Assembly: GCA_030141605.1 (NCBI GenBank)
Contig: JAQGDQ010000992.1
Coordinates: 8,315 to 72,314 of the forward strand
Reading direction: 5' to 3'
Source of the DNA: Tubiluchus corallicola
Lineage: Eukaryota > Animalia > Priapulida
DNA length: 64,000 bases
Below, piece after piece: positions 39,801 to 52,289 of this stretch. The notes below the pieces were generated by a model. It was not told the DNA's origin. It did no database searches and saw only the letters and a program-made list of their open reading frames with translations. The first letter of the stretch is position 1; the number at the start of each line of letters is the position of its first letter. Position numbers and translations under genes: made by a program.

Positions 39801-42800
39801 GAAAAGTTTGGTCAAAAGCTTCTACACTGAAGCAAAAACAAATTCCAGATTTGAAGACATTTCAGTAACTAGAAGCCAAATATATTTAATAATGATGGAC
39901 AGTTCTGGATTTCTTTTTATCACAAAAAGCAAAAGCAAGTATAGTATGCCACAATCAACAACAAATTTACTTCACAGATATAAGCTTATATTTAATAAAT
40001 AAAAGTTGCTTTCTTGCTGTCGTACTGCACAAAGAAACTTGCCAAGAAAGTTGTAAAATGAATCATCAAAAAATTCAAAACAATATCCAAATATTAAAAT
40101 GTCGTAGCGTGGCTTTAAGACTTTTTGTTTTGTCATTTCCGTTTTCAATCAGCTATGAATTAAAATATGAGACAAGAAGAATTCTAAACAATCATCAACG
40201 GAAGAAAATTTGCTGTTTCATGTTTCGGCAGCAAATGGAATAACATAAAACATGTCATACGCTGTATGTAACACACTGCAAAGTCATAAACTGTTATCAA
40301 AATGATAATTTCACGTTCCAAAGCACTCAAGCAAAAAAATTTCGGGTTACACCAGAAATTGCAAAAAAATCTTTGCAATTTCTTAAAAAAATTCTTTTTA
40401 CTATAAGATGGTTTCAGACGATGCTGAATAAATACTTGTTAAATAAGAAAGTTGCAAATGTAGACTACTAGTGTAACATCAAATGTACTTCATGTACTAT
40501 TGTAACATCACAAATGAAAGTATGAATTACAAAAAGCTTCATATAGGATCTCAAAAAATGTAATCCTAGGAGTGTTTGAACCAAGCATGGAGGCATTGCG
40601 AGCAACATGTTTTTACGTGTTATGTCATGCAGTACAGCACTAAAACTGGCATGGCCGGCAGAGTGAATCTCTGCAGTGCCGAAGCAAATGTTCCGAAACC
40701 CAAAAGCACCGGATACGTATACATAAAGACCGGTTTACACGATAATTCCGTAAGCCTAAAGACCGGTTCACACAATAATTCCATAGGCACGCGACTCCCA
40801 CAAAAATACCATTGACGTGTACTTTAAAACACGCCTTAATGCCACCAGAGTGAGCGAATACACGCGTTCAAAGAGATATTATAGATCATTACAAATTTCA
40901 AGAGTCCACATAAAAGTAAATTCCGAATTTCTTCTTTCTGTAGATCAAATCGGGTATCAAATCAAAAATTAACGAAATGTAACATTAATTTTCTTTTAAA
41001 ACTTAAATGTGCTGACTAGGTAGACCTAGGTTTTATCCCTAGACAAAAGCACAACCACTATCCCACTGTAGGTTAAAATTTATCAAACAAGCATGCATGG
41101 TATGAGAATTGGATAAAAGTCTGATGATAGGGTTCTCTAAGATGACTGCTGTGAATAACATAACATCAGTCAGCTAAAAAACAAAAGAACGGTCTTCCCT
41201 CAAAAAGGAAAGTCCGCCAGATCCACCCTTGAAAATCCACAAATGAAATGCTGCTATGGTAGGCACCAGCAAACGCTTGTCAAACTTGAAAGAACCAGGT
41301 AATATAATTTACATAGTTTGTAAAAACAAACAAAAACATGAAAAATGCTAAATGCATGTTAAGGTACGTTTACATTAACATATTATGCTTTAAATGCTAA
41401 ACCACATTGGTGTATGGCATCCGCTACACTTAAAAGCTATGTTTAAAGAGATACAAAACCAAATTTTTCGGAATCGAGGGTGAACCGGGAAAATTTTTAG
41501 CGATGCAAGTTGTCACAGTTCGGTATAAATTAAACCGCCATCAGAAAAATTAGCTAGGCACGACTTTGCATACAGGTGACAGTATTGATCAATTTTAAAA
41601 CGAAATTTACACTTGTCTGATTCCCTGAAATTATTTCCACGCGGTCGAAGATTGAGCGGCCTCACAAATGGCATTGTTGCATGCCAGAAAGGCAGATTAA
41701 TTACAAGTAACCAAACCCTACAAAGCAAGATGCGACCTCACAGCTCTGAGCCTGAGATATTGTTTCTACCTTCTCTCAGTCGTGAACAATGGCACTACTA
41801 AAAGACAGTAGACACAGTGTTTCAAAACCTGCATTGGTTATTACACATTCACATAAAACAAAGCACCACTTGATTACGCAATCGAGCCTTTGACATTGTT
41901 TCTGCTCTCTGTTGGTTGTGAACACTGGCACTATTAACAGACAATAGACAATGTCAGTGTTTCGGAACAATGCAACTCTGATTCTGATTGGTCATTAAAC
42001 TCTCACATAAAACAATACACCACTCGAACACACCCACCTGGGAATTTTTGGAATAAGGCAACTTTCTTGATTGGCTTAATACGAACTGCACAATTAAATT
42101 AATAAACCAATACGATTTCGTTACTGAACAAGCATTCTGATACGTATTCCCAAACAACAATCAGTAATTAAAAGTTTTTAAGCAATCAGATCACAAATGA
42201 GAATCCAATATATCAATGTTTATCTGTACAAAAAGTATTCATTGTAATGTGGTCGCGTTTTGTCACACCTTTCCCGCGACAGGCACACGAAATATTAAAA
42301 TTTCACTCCGACTTTGACGATTATAAAAAATATTTAACACAGGCAATTACTGGGGTATTAACAAGCAGCACCGATTGTTTACACAAATAACTAGGAAGGC
42401 ACACGTCACAGCTAGAGTTACTTTCTCTAATTTTTGTACATGATAAGAGAGATTCTTACACAGTCTCAGGACAGTACACTCACTTCACATTCAAAACCGG
42501 GATTCTCAGTTTTTCCACCTTAACATTACAGCATAAAATCTCAAAGAATGTTTCTTGCAAAAAATCTTCCATAAAATTATCATTACTTATCGTTCGTAAA
42601 ATATTCTTTCATTCCCACACCAGGGGAACTAAATTAGAACAATTTATTAATATTAATAATAAGTAATTTTAAAATGTTCTACTCTCTCCCTGAGACAGCA
42701 AATTTTATAATTCTAGATTTTGCTCAACATTATGAAAGACTTTATCATTAGTTTACAAGTTCTGTTTTCTTGTTTTTACAAATATACATAGTGCACCGCC

Positions 42801-44349
42801 TCCTACTTCATTTATAAATACTGAGCAACAAAAATAAGAATTTGGAAGCCCACTTAGAATACAATAGGGACGATTTACTAAATTTATTGTTATTGTAGTG
42901 CTATAATCCTGTAGTACTCATGCCTTTGATTGTACAAAGTTTAATTATTGATGAAATCTTAACACAGGTGAACGTATAAATTAAAAATGTACATGTTTGC
43001 TTCTCGTTTTGTATTTCGCTGATGACATAAAGATATAAACGAAAGTTATACATACGTAAAAAAATTCAATTTGCTTTATTTGAATCAATTTTCAGCATAA
43101 AAGTTAATGTTGCAGGGTTTATTTACAGGATACGACCAGTGAATTTTCACACACGACTTTCAAAAACACATTTAAATTTCGTATCTATCTGCATCTAATT
43201 ACACTGTATGCAGATCTCATGTTTGAGTAGCGATGTGCAAATTTGCAAATTTTACGCTCCTGACTGACAGTTCTAAAAGCACGTTTTAAACTGTCGATCA
43301 ACTCTTAAAAAATTAAAACAAATTTTGTTCACACTTTTCAAAATTGTAAGACAATCGTAGAAATCAGCAGTTAGTGAAAATAAATGAATCTATTTAAGCT
43401 AGATAATGTCTATTTTTCAGGGATCATGGGTTACTGAAAAGGCAGCTTGATACTTGCTGACAAAAACTGTTTGAATTAATCATTTTTTTTCTTCTGGCCA
43501 AAACCTATTAGTAAACTAGAGTACTGCAAGCCGATATAATTTTGCTTTGCTATCTCTTAAAATACAATGCATAATTTGTTTTTCTAATACTCCAAGCATG
43601 CAGACTAAGAGTGATAATGAACAAAAACGTACAACTAAATTGTGCAGTTATCCTACAAGAATTTCTTCAAATTTTGCAACTTTACAATAGCTAGTGTCTT
43701 GTAAGCCCTTATTATTAGTTATTTTAAAAATAATTTTGTATAACATTTTTTTCATCACGTGCAGCAAATCTCAAAAAAGCCTCATCAAATACCGACTTAA
43801 AGGCAATATCTGAAGTAAACAATGAGCAAGACGTACATACTGTCACAAGTATATAAGCAAGTCGTGCCGTCAGCTTACGACAGCGCGAGTGATAAACTAT
43901 TCAGGTCTCGGAACACGTAGCTACCAGTTTGAATAGGCTGTACTGAAATAATGCCCGAAAAACCGTGCCGAGATCGAGAAGACCAAAAACATCGGTCAGA
44001 CAAAATCTAGCCACACGATTCTCGAACAAACATCATTTGGTCCAGGACAATGGAACTTGTGATATCACAGTCACGCACAAACACGATAATATGACATAGA
44101 CCCGGCACGGTAATATGACGTAACTTTTCTAACACGTCTCCCTCGCAACAAGTTTACTTAAATATGTAGCGCACTGAAAAACACGAGTGAACAGAGAGAA
44201 TAAATTACGATTTTGATGAAACATAAACATTCGGGGAAACGAATCCGATGATGACGAACAGTGCCATCTACAATGAGGACACGCTGATGTTCACTTGTTT
44301 ACAAGTTAACATTGAACAACACCTTTTATATAATTATGAGCTGCACAGA

Positions 44350-45040
44350 GAAAAGAGGAGAAGAAAAAGCAGATGATATCTAGGTGAATAATAGCCAGCG
44401 TCCACTTAAGCAAACACATGGCTTTAATCCACACACAACATCTGCAACATTTCGACCAGGTAAGGTCATATTCACGCAACAATCCACCTAATAAAAACAG
44501 CGTAAAGAAAATTTCAAACGTCAACATTGTCAGAAGAAAACAAGACCAATTACTAAATTGTAAACTTCTTATCGTGTGATACAAAACCAAATGACGTTGA
44601 AAAAATTTAATTTATGTTACTCCAGCAGAATTCATTCTCTGACCAACAACTGTGGGTGGTAATAAAAGAACTGTTCATGCAAAGGTTTCTCTTATTACTA
44701 CCCACTGGCATTGATCAAAGAATGAATTGTGTTGGAGTAACATAACTTCACTTTTTTGTCATTTGGCTTTGTACCACACGACATGTAAAGTTTAGAATTT
44801 AGTATTTGTCTTGTTTGCTTCCCACTATGTTGACATTTGTAATTTTCTTTACCCTTTATATTTTTATTTAGGTGAACTGCTGGGTGAGCATGACTTTAAC
44901 TGGTCGAAGCGTTGCAGATATTTGCGTCTGAATAAAACTAACGTCTTTCCTTAAGTGGGTGCTGGTTGTTATTTTCATTTTAAGAATTTATTTTCCTCAT
45001 CACCACTCAGATATCTAGTTGCTTTTTACCTTTTCTTTGT
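44350..45040. mobile_element. Diverged foldback element with ~320-bp inverted arms
   Basis: atgttactccagcagaattcattct pairs with agaatgaattgtgttggagtaacat; atctgcaacatttcgaccag pairs with ctggtcgaagcgttgcagat; centre near 44680. Confidence 0.75.
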
Positions 45041-46814
45041 CCACTCAGAAAAGCATATAACAAAGGAAGTAGAAAACCCGATGGACAGCGCGACAGACTG
45101 AACAGTTCACGTGACCGGTGGCTCGCTGTCTGTTTAACAAGCTAACACGTTCCACAAGATGTCGATGAAGAACTGTGGTCAGCCTGACACGTGCCTTGCC
45201 ACTCTCACACGAGAGCGCGTAAACTACAATAATAGCAAAGAAATAACCCAATAACATGGAAAACCTACAAGAATACAACAATATAAGAAATGTGTAAAAT
45301 ACAACATTTAAATCGATAATGAAGTCACGCAACAGCTCCAAGAACTCACCAAGTCACGAATACGGAAATTTTAAGGAAATGACGTCGCACATTTTGTACG
45401 ACGCGCTCAGAAATATATCATTAATTCGACAAATTATTGGCGTCTTGGATGTTACAACTTTTCCTTTAAAAAAAGAAGACTACAAGTAAAAGTTGTGGCA
45501 TACATACCAGTGGCATTACAAGTTATCTGTAAAATAAGCACGTTTATTTACAATGAGTTATACTCTGTTACACGAGATTTGTAAAACTGCAGTGTTAGGT
45601 GCAGTTCTCGAATAAATATTCTCTTTTGCTTCACACGAAACTCCAAACTTCTACAACATAATAAATTTAACAATGAAGTGAATTAAGGCAGTTTAGATTT
45701 GGAGTTGTTCGGGGTTGCAATAGCAATGCAACTAGTCTCTAGCATTGAGACTAGCAAATCTTTGGCAACCGATAGGAAGGGACTAGCTGATACAGTAATC
45801 ACAGTACCTCTAACCTCAGCGATGAAATGACTGAGATGTTGAAATCACTGTTACAATTATATAATATCTATATAATGAGCCTAAGCATCTTTCTATCGAA
45901 AGACAAGATAAGCTCATAAATTTACATAGGCAGCGAAAATATGTGGTACTGAGTAATATAACATAACCTAAGGCCGCAAGACGTTAACGCTACAAGTTTA
46001 TACTAAATACAAAAACTTGAAAAACATTACAAAGATTAACAGATTACAATCACTGACAGAAGCATTCGAAAATGCATGAATGCAATTTTTTTACGTATGC
46101 TCGTTGATTAAAAACTTGTTAGTTTTGTTTTGCACATAACGGAATCTTACAGAACGGTTACCACATAATACACGAATGTAGACACGCGACAGACTAGAAT
46201 ATTAAGTATCGAGGCCACGGGCATTATACTACAAATTCACTCTATATAAAGCAACAGTGGGAATCTTCATTTCATTATATCAGTGCAAAAAGCACAACTG
46301 CAGGAAGCCTGCTTCCGTTAGAGACACTGTAGACAAAAAAATTCCACGGACTGTGAGTTTTCCATGGAAAATTAACGACATGGAATGATCAACGAGACAT
46401 AAATGCCAATTATAAGACATTAGACAACATTCTAATGTCTAAAAACTGCTTATTAGCACAATGCAATTACAGAGTGGGTAAATTTGATTTGCCACAACTA
46501 GGAAGTGAGGGACCACCATTTGTATGTAATATAAGTCATAACATCCGTAGACTTGAACAAAAACGCCAAACTTGACTGAATGTATTTGCAGTCTTGCGTG
46601 AAAAAATCAAGCTTGTGTACGAATACGCCAACATTAAACAAAGGCTGAACGAGAAATGATTAGCGGATGGTTCCAAGGAGCTGCTGCGCCAAAAGTACAC
46701 CGTACAACAGCGGAGTAAGTAAGTGAATGAAGCCACTTTGCTGAAATCGAAGCCAAATTAGCACTTCACTCAGTATCTTACCCCCTTGCACGATGAACGC
46801 ATCCATCGGCTAAT

Positions 46815-47010
46815 TTAGCTCCCCCACCAGTCCTGGGTAGGACCCGGATTTGGATGATATCCGCCGCCAAAACCTCCACCGTATCCGCCTCCTCCACCAA
46901 ACGAGGGCGGGAAGCTGCCTTGTTGGGAGTACATCATGAAGTTGTTACGTTGCTGCGCTCCACCGCGAGTGTTCGTTTGACGATAGTCACGACCGCCAAA
47001 ACCACCGAAC
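46815..47010 (-). CDS. DDX3: DDX3/PL10 DEAD-box RNA helicase, last coding exon
   Basis: tttaaag|(R)FGGFGGRDYRQ...GGYGGGFGGGYHPNPGPTQDWWGS*; the FGxRDYRQ and DWWG termini are typical of DDX3/PL10. Confidence 0.93.
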
Positions 47011-47385
47011 CTTTAAAAAGTAAAAGATAAACATGAAAACAGATCTTTATATGCTAAATAAAAATTAAATTAAATTAATTCAAAATTAAAGTCGGCAAAA
47101 TAAGCATACTCTAGCACCGTCTGTTACATTTGGTTAATGCACGGCTGTGTATTCAACGGGACAGATATTATTAAAGACACACTACAAATCACTAGGTCAG
47201 AAAGTCATTTTCATTGTAATTGAGCCTTACAAGAGTACTTATATGCACTTTTTCGCACTACATGTGTATTTACACACTTTTGTTTAGCTTTGCACTGGTG
47301 GGTGATGAGACTGCAAGAATCACTAAAGCAAACTGAAGCAAAAGAGTTGTTGCTTTAGGTGTTACTAATAAATCAAGTTAACATT

Positions 47386-47937
47386 CAGGGATGAGAATGA
47401 CACATTGCAATAAACTCTGAAGCAGGCCGGGGGTTTGAGAGCCGTGCAGGCCCTCCATGGGGGTTCAAGGGGGCGAAGGACCCCTTGGAGCCAGCAACAA
47501 ATTGCAATTCTGTGACCACAGAGAGCCTCTAAGTGGACTTTAGTTACCTTGTTTCATGCATAATTTAAAATACCCAACCATCAAGGATACATGATACCTA
47601 ATTGTCTCAAAAATGCCCAAGTACTGGCTGCTCTTTTGTAATATAAGTATATAATTAAGTATATAAAAACTGTCTGCAATTGACTTAAATAACTCTGCAC
47701 AATTGATTCAATATTTTTATACATACATTTATACATTATACAAAGATATACATGTGGTTACACTGATGTACGTTATGTAAATAAAGTGACGGCCTGCCAA
47801 CTAGCGGTCAGCTTGTGAAATAATGTACTGGGTCCGTAAAAATTTTCTCAATGAATTTATGCGATTTACAAAAAATGGCACTACTGGTCTTCCAAAAACT
47901 CGGAATTCCGCGTATCCGCGGAAAATTCTCATCCCTG
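47386..47937. mobile_element. hAT-like MITE with 13-bp TIR
   Basis: cagggatgagaat ... attctcatccctg; an internal segment has an inverted relative at ~54300-54465. Confidence 0.65.
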
Positions 47938-48546
47938 AACAATACAAATCAAGCCAAGTGCACATACTTAGGGAAAGGCTAGGGACAAAAGCATATGAAT
48001 AACAATGAAAATCAAATGTCTTCTGTGTTAAGGTCGTCCCATCTAGTTATTGAATATTACCAATATTAGATATTAAGATGAGAAAATAATATCCAACAAC
48101 TGCTTCAAAAAACCAAACAGTTTTCACAGATTGACCCGTTTACTCGTGTTTAGACAAATTTAGGTAGTTAAATTTGTGCTAAAAATACCGTCAATACTTT
48201 ATAGGTAGCTAGTAGTCACACATATGGACATAAACTAAAACCCCCATATTTACATAGTACATGTTACATATAATAGCACAACACCGCAGAATTACATGTG
48301 AAACAAATAAATTATTAATGCGTGTGTGAGAAGAAGAAGGAAGTTCAAAGTATTGGCATGTTTACACGTTTTAATACGTTTACATTATTTACTTAGCTCA
48401 CAGTTCGAAGTTCATACGAGTTAATACTTAACCAGCAGAATTTACCAACCGAGTTAGATAATAAAATTAATGCTATGCAGCTGCACACTCATTTTGTTGC
48501 AGGTATCTAACAGTGCATAATTTTCCAAACCAGACCCGAGCTTGCC

Positions 48547-48770
48547 ATGGCGACGGTGGGAGAGCAATATTACGGAAAATCGTCCTATTCAGAAATGATT
48601 CACGAATACGAAGAAGGCACGCTTGCGGAAGTGTATAAAGTAATGGCAAAAGCTACGAAAGCTTCTAAAACATGTGCACTAGGTGGAATGTACGATCTGG
48701 CGCTGGTACACGACAGCATCATGTTGTGGAAGGCAGGATTGTCAAAACCAGTTTTCACTTGGCCATACAG
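48547..48770 (+). CDS. Nested DOK/FRS2-like IRS-type PTB adaptor, coding exon 1
   Basis: gccATGg start with an upstream in-frame stop; ...GMYDLALVHDSIMLWKAGLSKPVFTWPY(R); ends ag|gtacgt. Confidence 0.85.
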
Positions 48771-49829
48771 GTACGTCACAACATTTTAACAGAAATGTGT
48801 CAATGAAACCTACGTGGCGAATGAACAAACAACGGCTACTGAGGAGAAAGTTCATTTCATAGAGAGGTAGGGCAACTAGGATGATAATGAGCCAGAAACA
48901 GTGACTATTAGTTTCACATAAATTCCCATTTTTTGTCATATTACTTTAAAGGAAGACCGGACGATTGTTTAGACTAATCAAATCTTAATTTACTGTCCAA
49001 AATAAACATTTTCTTGCATATAAAAGTTAACAATTGTTCATTATACTTGAATAATTAGCTTAGAAAGTTAATTAACGGCAACCGAACACACCTATTGCTT
49101 ATGTCAGAAACTAACCACAGTTTGGGCAATGGCAGGTGCCTTCCCTTGCGCATCAAGCACATTTACATAAGTGTTACAGTACTGTTTAAGCACATGATTT
49201 TGCAAAAAATGGGCTCTACATCATATGATGTGAGAAACTAACACGGCACTTCATGTTCATGGTTATCGCGGTACCATCTTATATTTGTCGGCCACACGAA
49301 TGTGACAGAAAGGCGCTGCTGCCTGTCTTAGTAGATTCGCTGAGCCGCGCGTAGCTTTGTAAGCTTAACGAAATTTGAGCATCCAAGGTAATTATTATTT
49401 AATCTAAACTTTGATTTCAAAATGCTATTGTAGTTTTCAATAATTTAGAGCATTCGTTATTCTGTACTAATGTTTACACAATCGTCCGGTTTTCATTTAA
49501 GTCACTTAGTGAAAGCTTGGATAGTTGAACAAAGATCCTGATACAAATTTTACTTTCTTTTGTTGAGAATCAGATATGAAGGATAAATTTAGACTCATTA
49601 ATACAAAAGAAGTCACCAGGAAAGAGACACTTTGAAAATGGTATTAGCTGTTGCTCTGCCTCGCTCGTGGTCCTAATTAGGGTAAAAGAGGAATAATAAT
49701 AATAACATTAGTAATCTAGGAGTAGATATTTATTTACAGTCGGCAATAAAAGCCTCGTGGTTTGTGTTGTCTGTTTGTGTTATTTAAAAATGACTTTAAA
49801 TAAAGGTTATTATTATAATAATTTACTAG

Positions 49830-49953
49830 ATTTATACGAAAATACGGTGAGGAAGACGACGACTTTTACTTCGAAGCAGGAAGCAAATGTGACTCTGGTC
49901 CCGGAATGTTTCGCTTCACAGGGAAACAGGGTGATGCTCACGAAATTTTCAAG
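49830..49953 (+). CDS. Nested DOK/FRS2-like adaptor, coding exon 2 (PTB core)
   Basis: ttactag|(R)FIRKYGEEDDDFYFEAGSKCDSGPGMFRFTGKQGDAHEIFK|gtactc matches the IRS-PTB signature LRRYG....FSFEAGRRC.SG.G.F.F. Confidence 0.92.
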
Positions 49954-49962
49954 GTACTCTTC

Positions 49963-50330
49963 TGTTGTGTTTTGTTTCTCTCGGAAGGCTCGTAGAGAAA
50001 ACCAGAAAACACTTCGTCAAATAAAACTAGCTTATTAAGCGAGAATTCTACAACACAAAAGTATGAAGGAACGCGAAAGAATTACACTAAACATGAAAAT
50101 CTGGAAAACGTTTAAGTGTATCTGAAAATGTAAGTATACAAGAGAATGTGTAAGTGGTGTCCGTGTGAATCTGTGTGCGTCTCAGCGGCCTGCTTCGCCT
50201 TATATAGGGTGCCAGGGAACATTATAGATGTTTCTCTCTAGAACATTCTACAAGGTAAGACAATTATTCCAACGGAACATTCTACAATGTTTTATTTAAT
50301 TATAATAGATGAACAGCGATCTCCACAACA
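49963..50330 (-). mobile_element. Solo LTR (368 bp) with 5-bp TSD
   Basis: TCTTC|TGTTGTG...CACAACA|TCTTC; minus-strand TATA (ccctatataagg) near 50200. Confidence 0.85.
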
Positions 50331-51067
50331 TCTTCACAGTATACCTAGACAATGGGGTAATTTGTACTATACCTGAAGAAACCCTAATGCTTATTACAAC
50401 TAATTTTACCAGATAATTTTAGTATGTTTAGCATTAGCAAACTTTTACAGATTACTCCACTTCTTTGCCTCGCAGTATTGGTTCATTTTTGCAATTTCTT
50501 TTGTAACAATTTGCTAAAAAATTTCCACTTCACACGGCTTTCTTCTAAATTACATTTTGAAAAACCTAGATATGGTAATAAGCTGTTCTACACAATTTTT
50601 TCTTTAATATTTCTAGCAAAATTTTTTAACACGTTTTTTGCTCAAGTCTTTTATTTCATTTTACATTTTCATATTCTGATGAAGACTTTTCAAGATTTAA
50701 AAAAAATCTACGAATAAATAATTTGTAGATTTTCCATAGACTAAGAGTTTTTTCTTTCTAAATAACAAAGTGCTATATACCATCAACAGCCGCTTGAGGG
50801 TAGATTTCAATTAGCTAAGTAGTAATATTGGTGAATTTAGTGGTTTTGTTAATATTACTAAATCAGGACAATGCGCCTTTTCCCAGTTACGTTGTGCGCA
50901 CTTTCACAATTGCAGCAGGTCAAAGGTTAAGTGTACTAATCCGTCTCAACTACAACTGTCACATGACATGTGAGTAAAGCAAAGCCGTCTGTGCATAGAA
51001 TGATTTACTAGCAGGATGTTGTTTATCAGGAACGATAATTGTGCAGTGGAACACTGATTTGTTTTAG

Positions 51068-51231
51068 TCAATACGATCAAAGATGGCTGAACTAAAGGCG
51101 AAGGAAAAGTGTGCAACCAATGCTGCGCGATACGAAGAGATTGTAACGAAATCAAGCGCTAAAGAGTCTCAATCACCAAAACCCATGAAGAGTTTTACAA
51201 GTTCAAAAGAAGAAGACACCAAAGATGACAG
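51068..51231 (+). CDS. Nested DOK/FRS2-like adaptor, coding exon 3
   Basis: ttttag|SIRSKMAELKAKEKCATNAARYEEIVTK...DTKDD ag|gtaagc; phase 0/2 fits its neighbours. Confidence 0.8.
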
Positions 51232-51597
51232 GTAAGCAAGGTATACAATTACGATGGCAGATGAACCCGGGAGAGGTCATTGTCGTACAACAGTGTGTGC
51301 AGGCATTGTGAACAGCAATAATCCAAGTGTGCAATTAATGTACAATAATGTGTAGTGTACAATCTCAGCAAATTATAGGCTATTTCATTTACACTGATTT
51401 TTCTGAAACGATGAAAAGATCTGTAGAATTGGATTGCAAGAACTTCGTGTTACATTCCTATTGTCACTAAACTGGTGTTGAGGTAGAGGAAAAAATATTT
51501 TCTGCGCTACATGAAAATTGAGCCAAATAATATTTGTGATCACAGTCACTTGTGAACTTATTACAGCATAACTCTCTTGTTACTGTCTTTGTTACAG

Positions 51598-51848
51598 ACA
51601 GCCAAGAGATCCTACTGCCATTTATGCTGTTGTAAACAAACAATTACACCCCCCTTTACGAAGCTCGCCAAGTTCTCAACACACAAGCATATCAGACAAA
51701 CCACCGAAACCAACATCATTGGATCTACTGGCAAGCTCGTCAATGTCACAAAAAGCAACATCCATGTCGCCACAAGTGATGACACTTATCTCACGTTTTG
51801 AAGGTTCTGACGGCAAGACGAAGGAAAAAGAGGCGTTTAAGAGTAAAG
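51598..51848 (+). CDS. Nested DOK/FRS2-like adaptor, coding exon 4
   Basis: gttacag|(R)QPRDPTAIYAVVNKQLHPPLRSSP...KPPKP...EAFKSK g|gtacat; 251 nt open. Confidence 0.78.
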
Positions 51849-52224
51849 GTACATCATTTTTCAGTGGTGCAATTAGTAATCGTCTTTAAACCGTTTTCCA
51901 CCTGTCCAAACCTATCTATGCTCTATGACACTAGTTAAAACTAGAATTTCATATACATTTATTAGACAGTTACTTTTCCCAAGTTGTAAAAGTATCTCTT
52001 TGCAAATTTAATATCTCGTGTTCTTCGACAGCAGAGTAGATATTAGTAATCTTATTTTTGATAATTAAGCTAATTAATACTTGCACTACATGTAATACTT
52101 AGTGATAACACTGAACGTCAAACAGATTTTCAAAGAATCATTTGAGTGCAACATGTCTGAACTACATCTCAACTGCTATTCAATTCATTTGCGTGTCATT
52201 ATTGCCAAGTAAACTGATTTCTAG

Positions 52225-52289
52225 ACAAAAGCCAGGAAGCAACGCGCACAGTCAAGAAGCACCATTACGAAAACGTAGACTGGGAGTGA
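52225..52289 (+). CDS. Nested DOK/FRS2-like adaptor, last coding exon
   Basis: tttctag|(D)KSQEATRTVKKHHYENVDWE*; phase fits, giving an 828-nt CDS. Confidence 0.72.

Noticed and set aside
49757-50038. 93-aa ORF in the track
   Set aside because: Wrong frame; the real coding exon 49830-49953 is in another frame and the remainder is intron and LTR. Similarly ORFs 51577-51801 and 53745-54062 are off-frame or antisense shadows.
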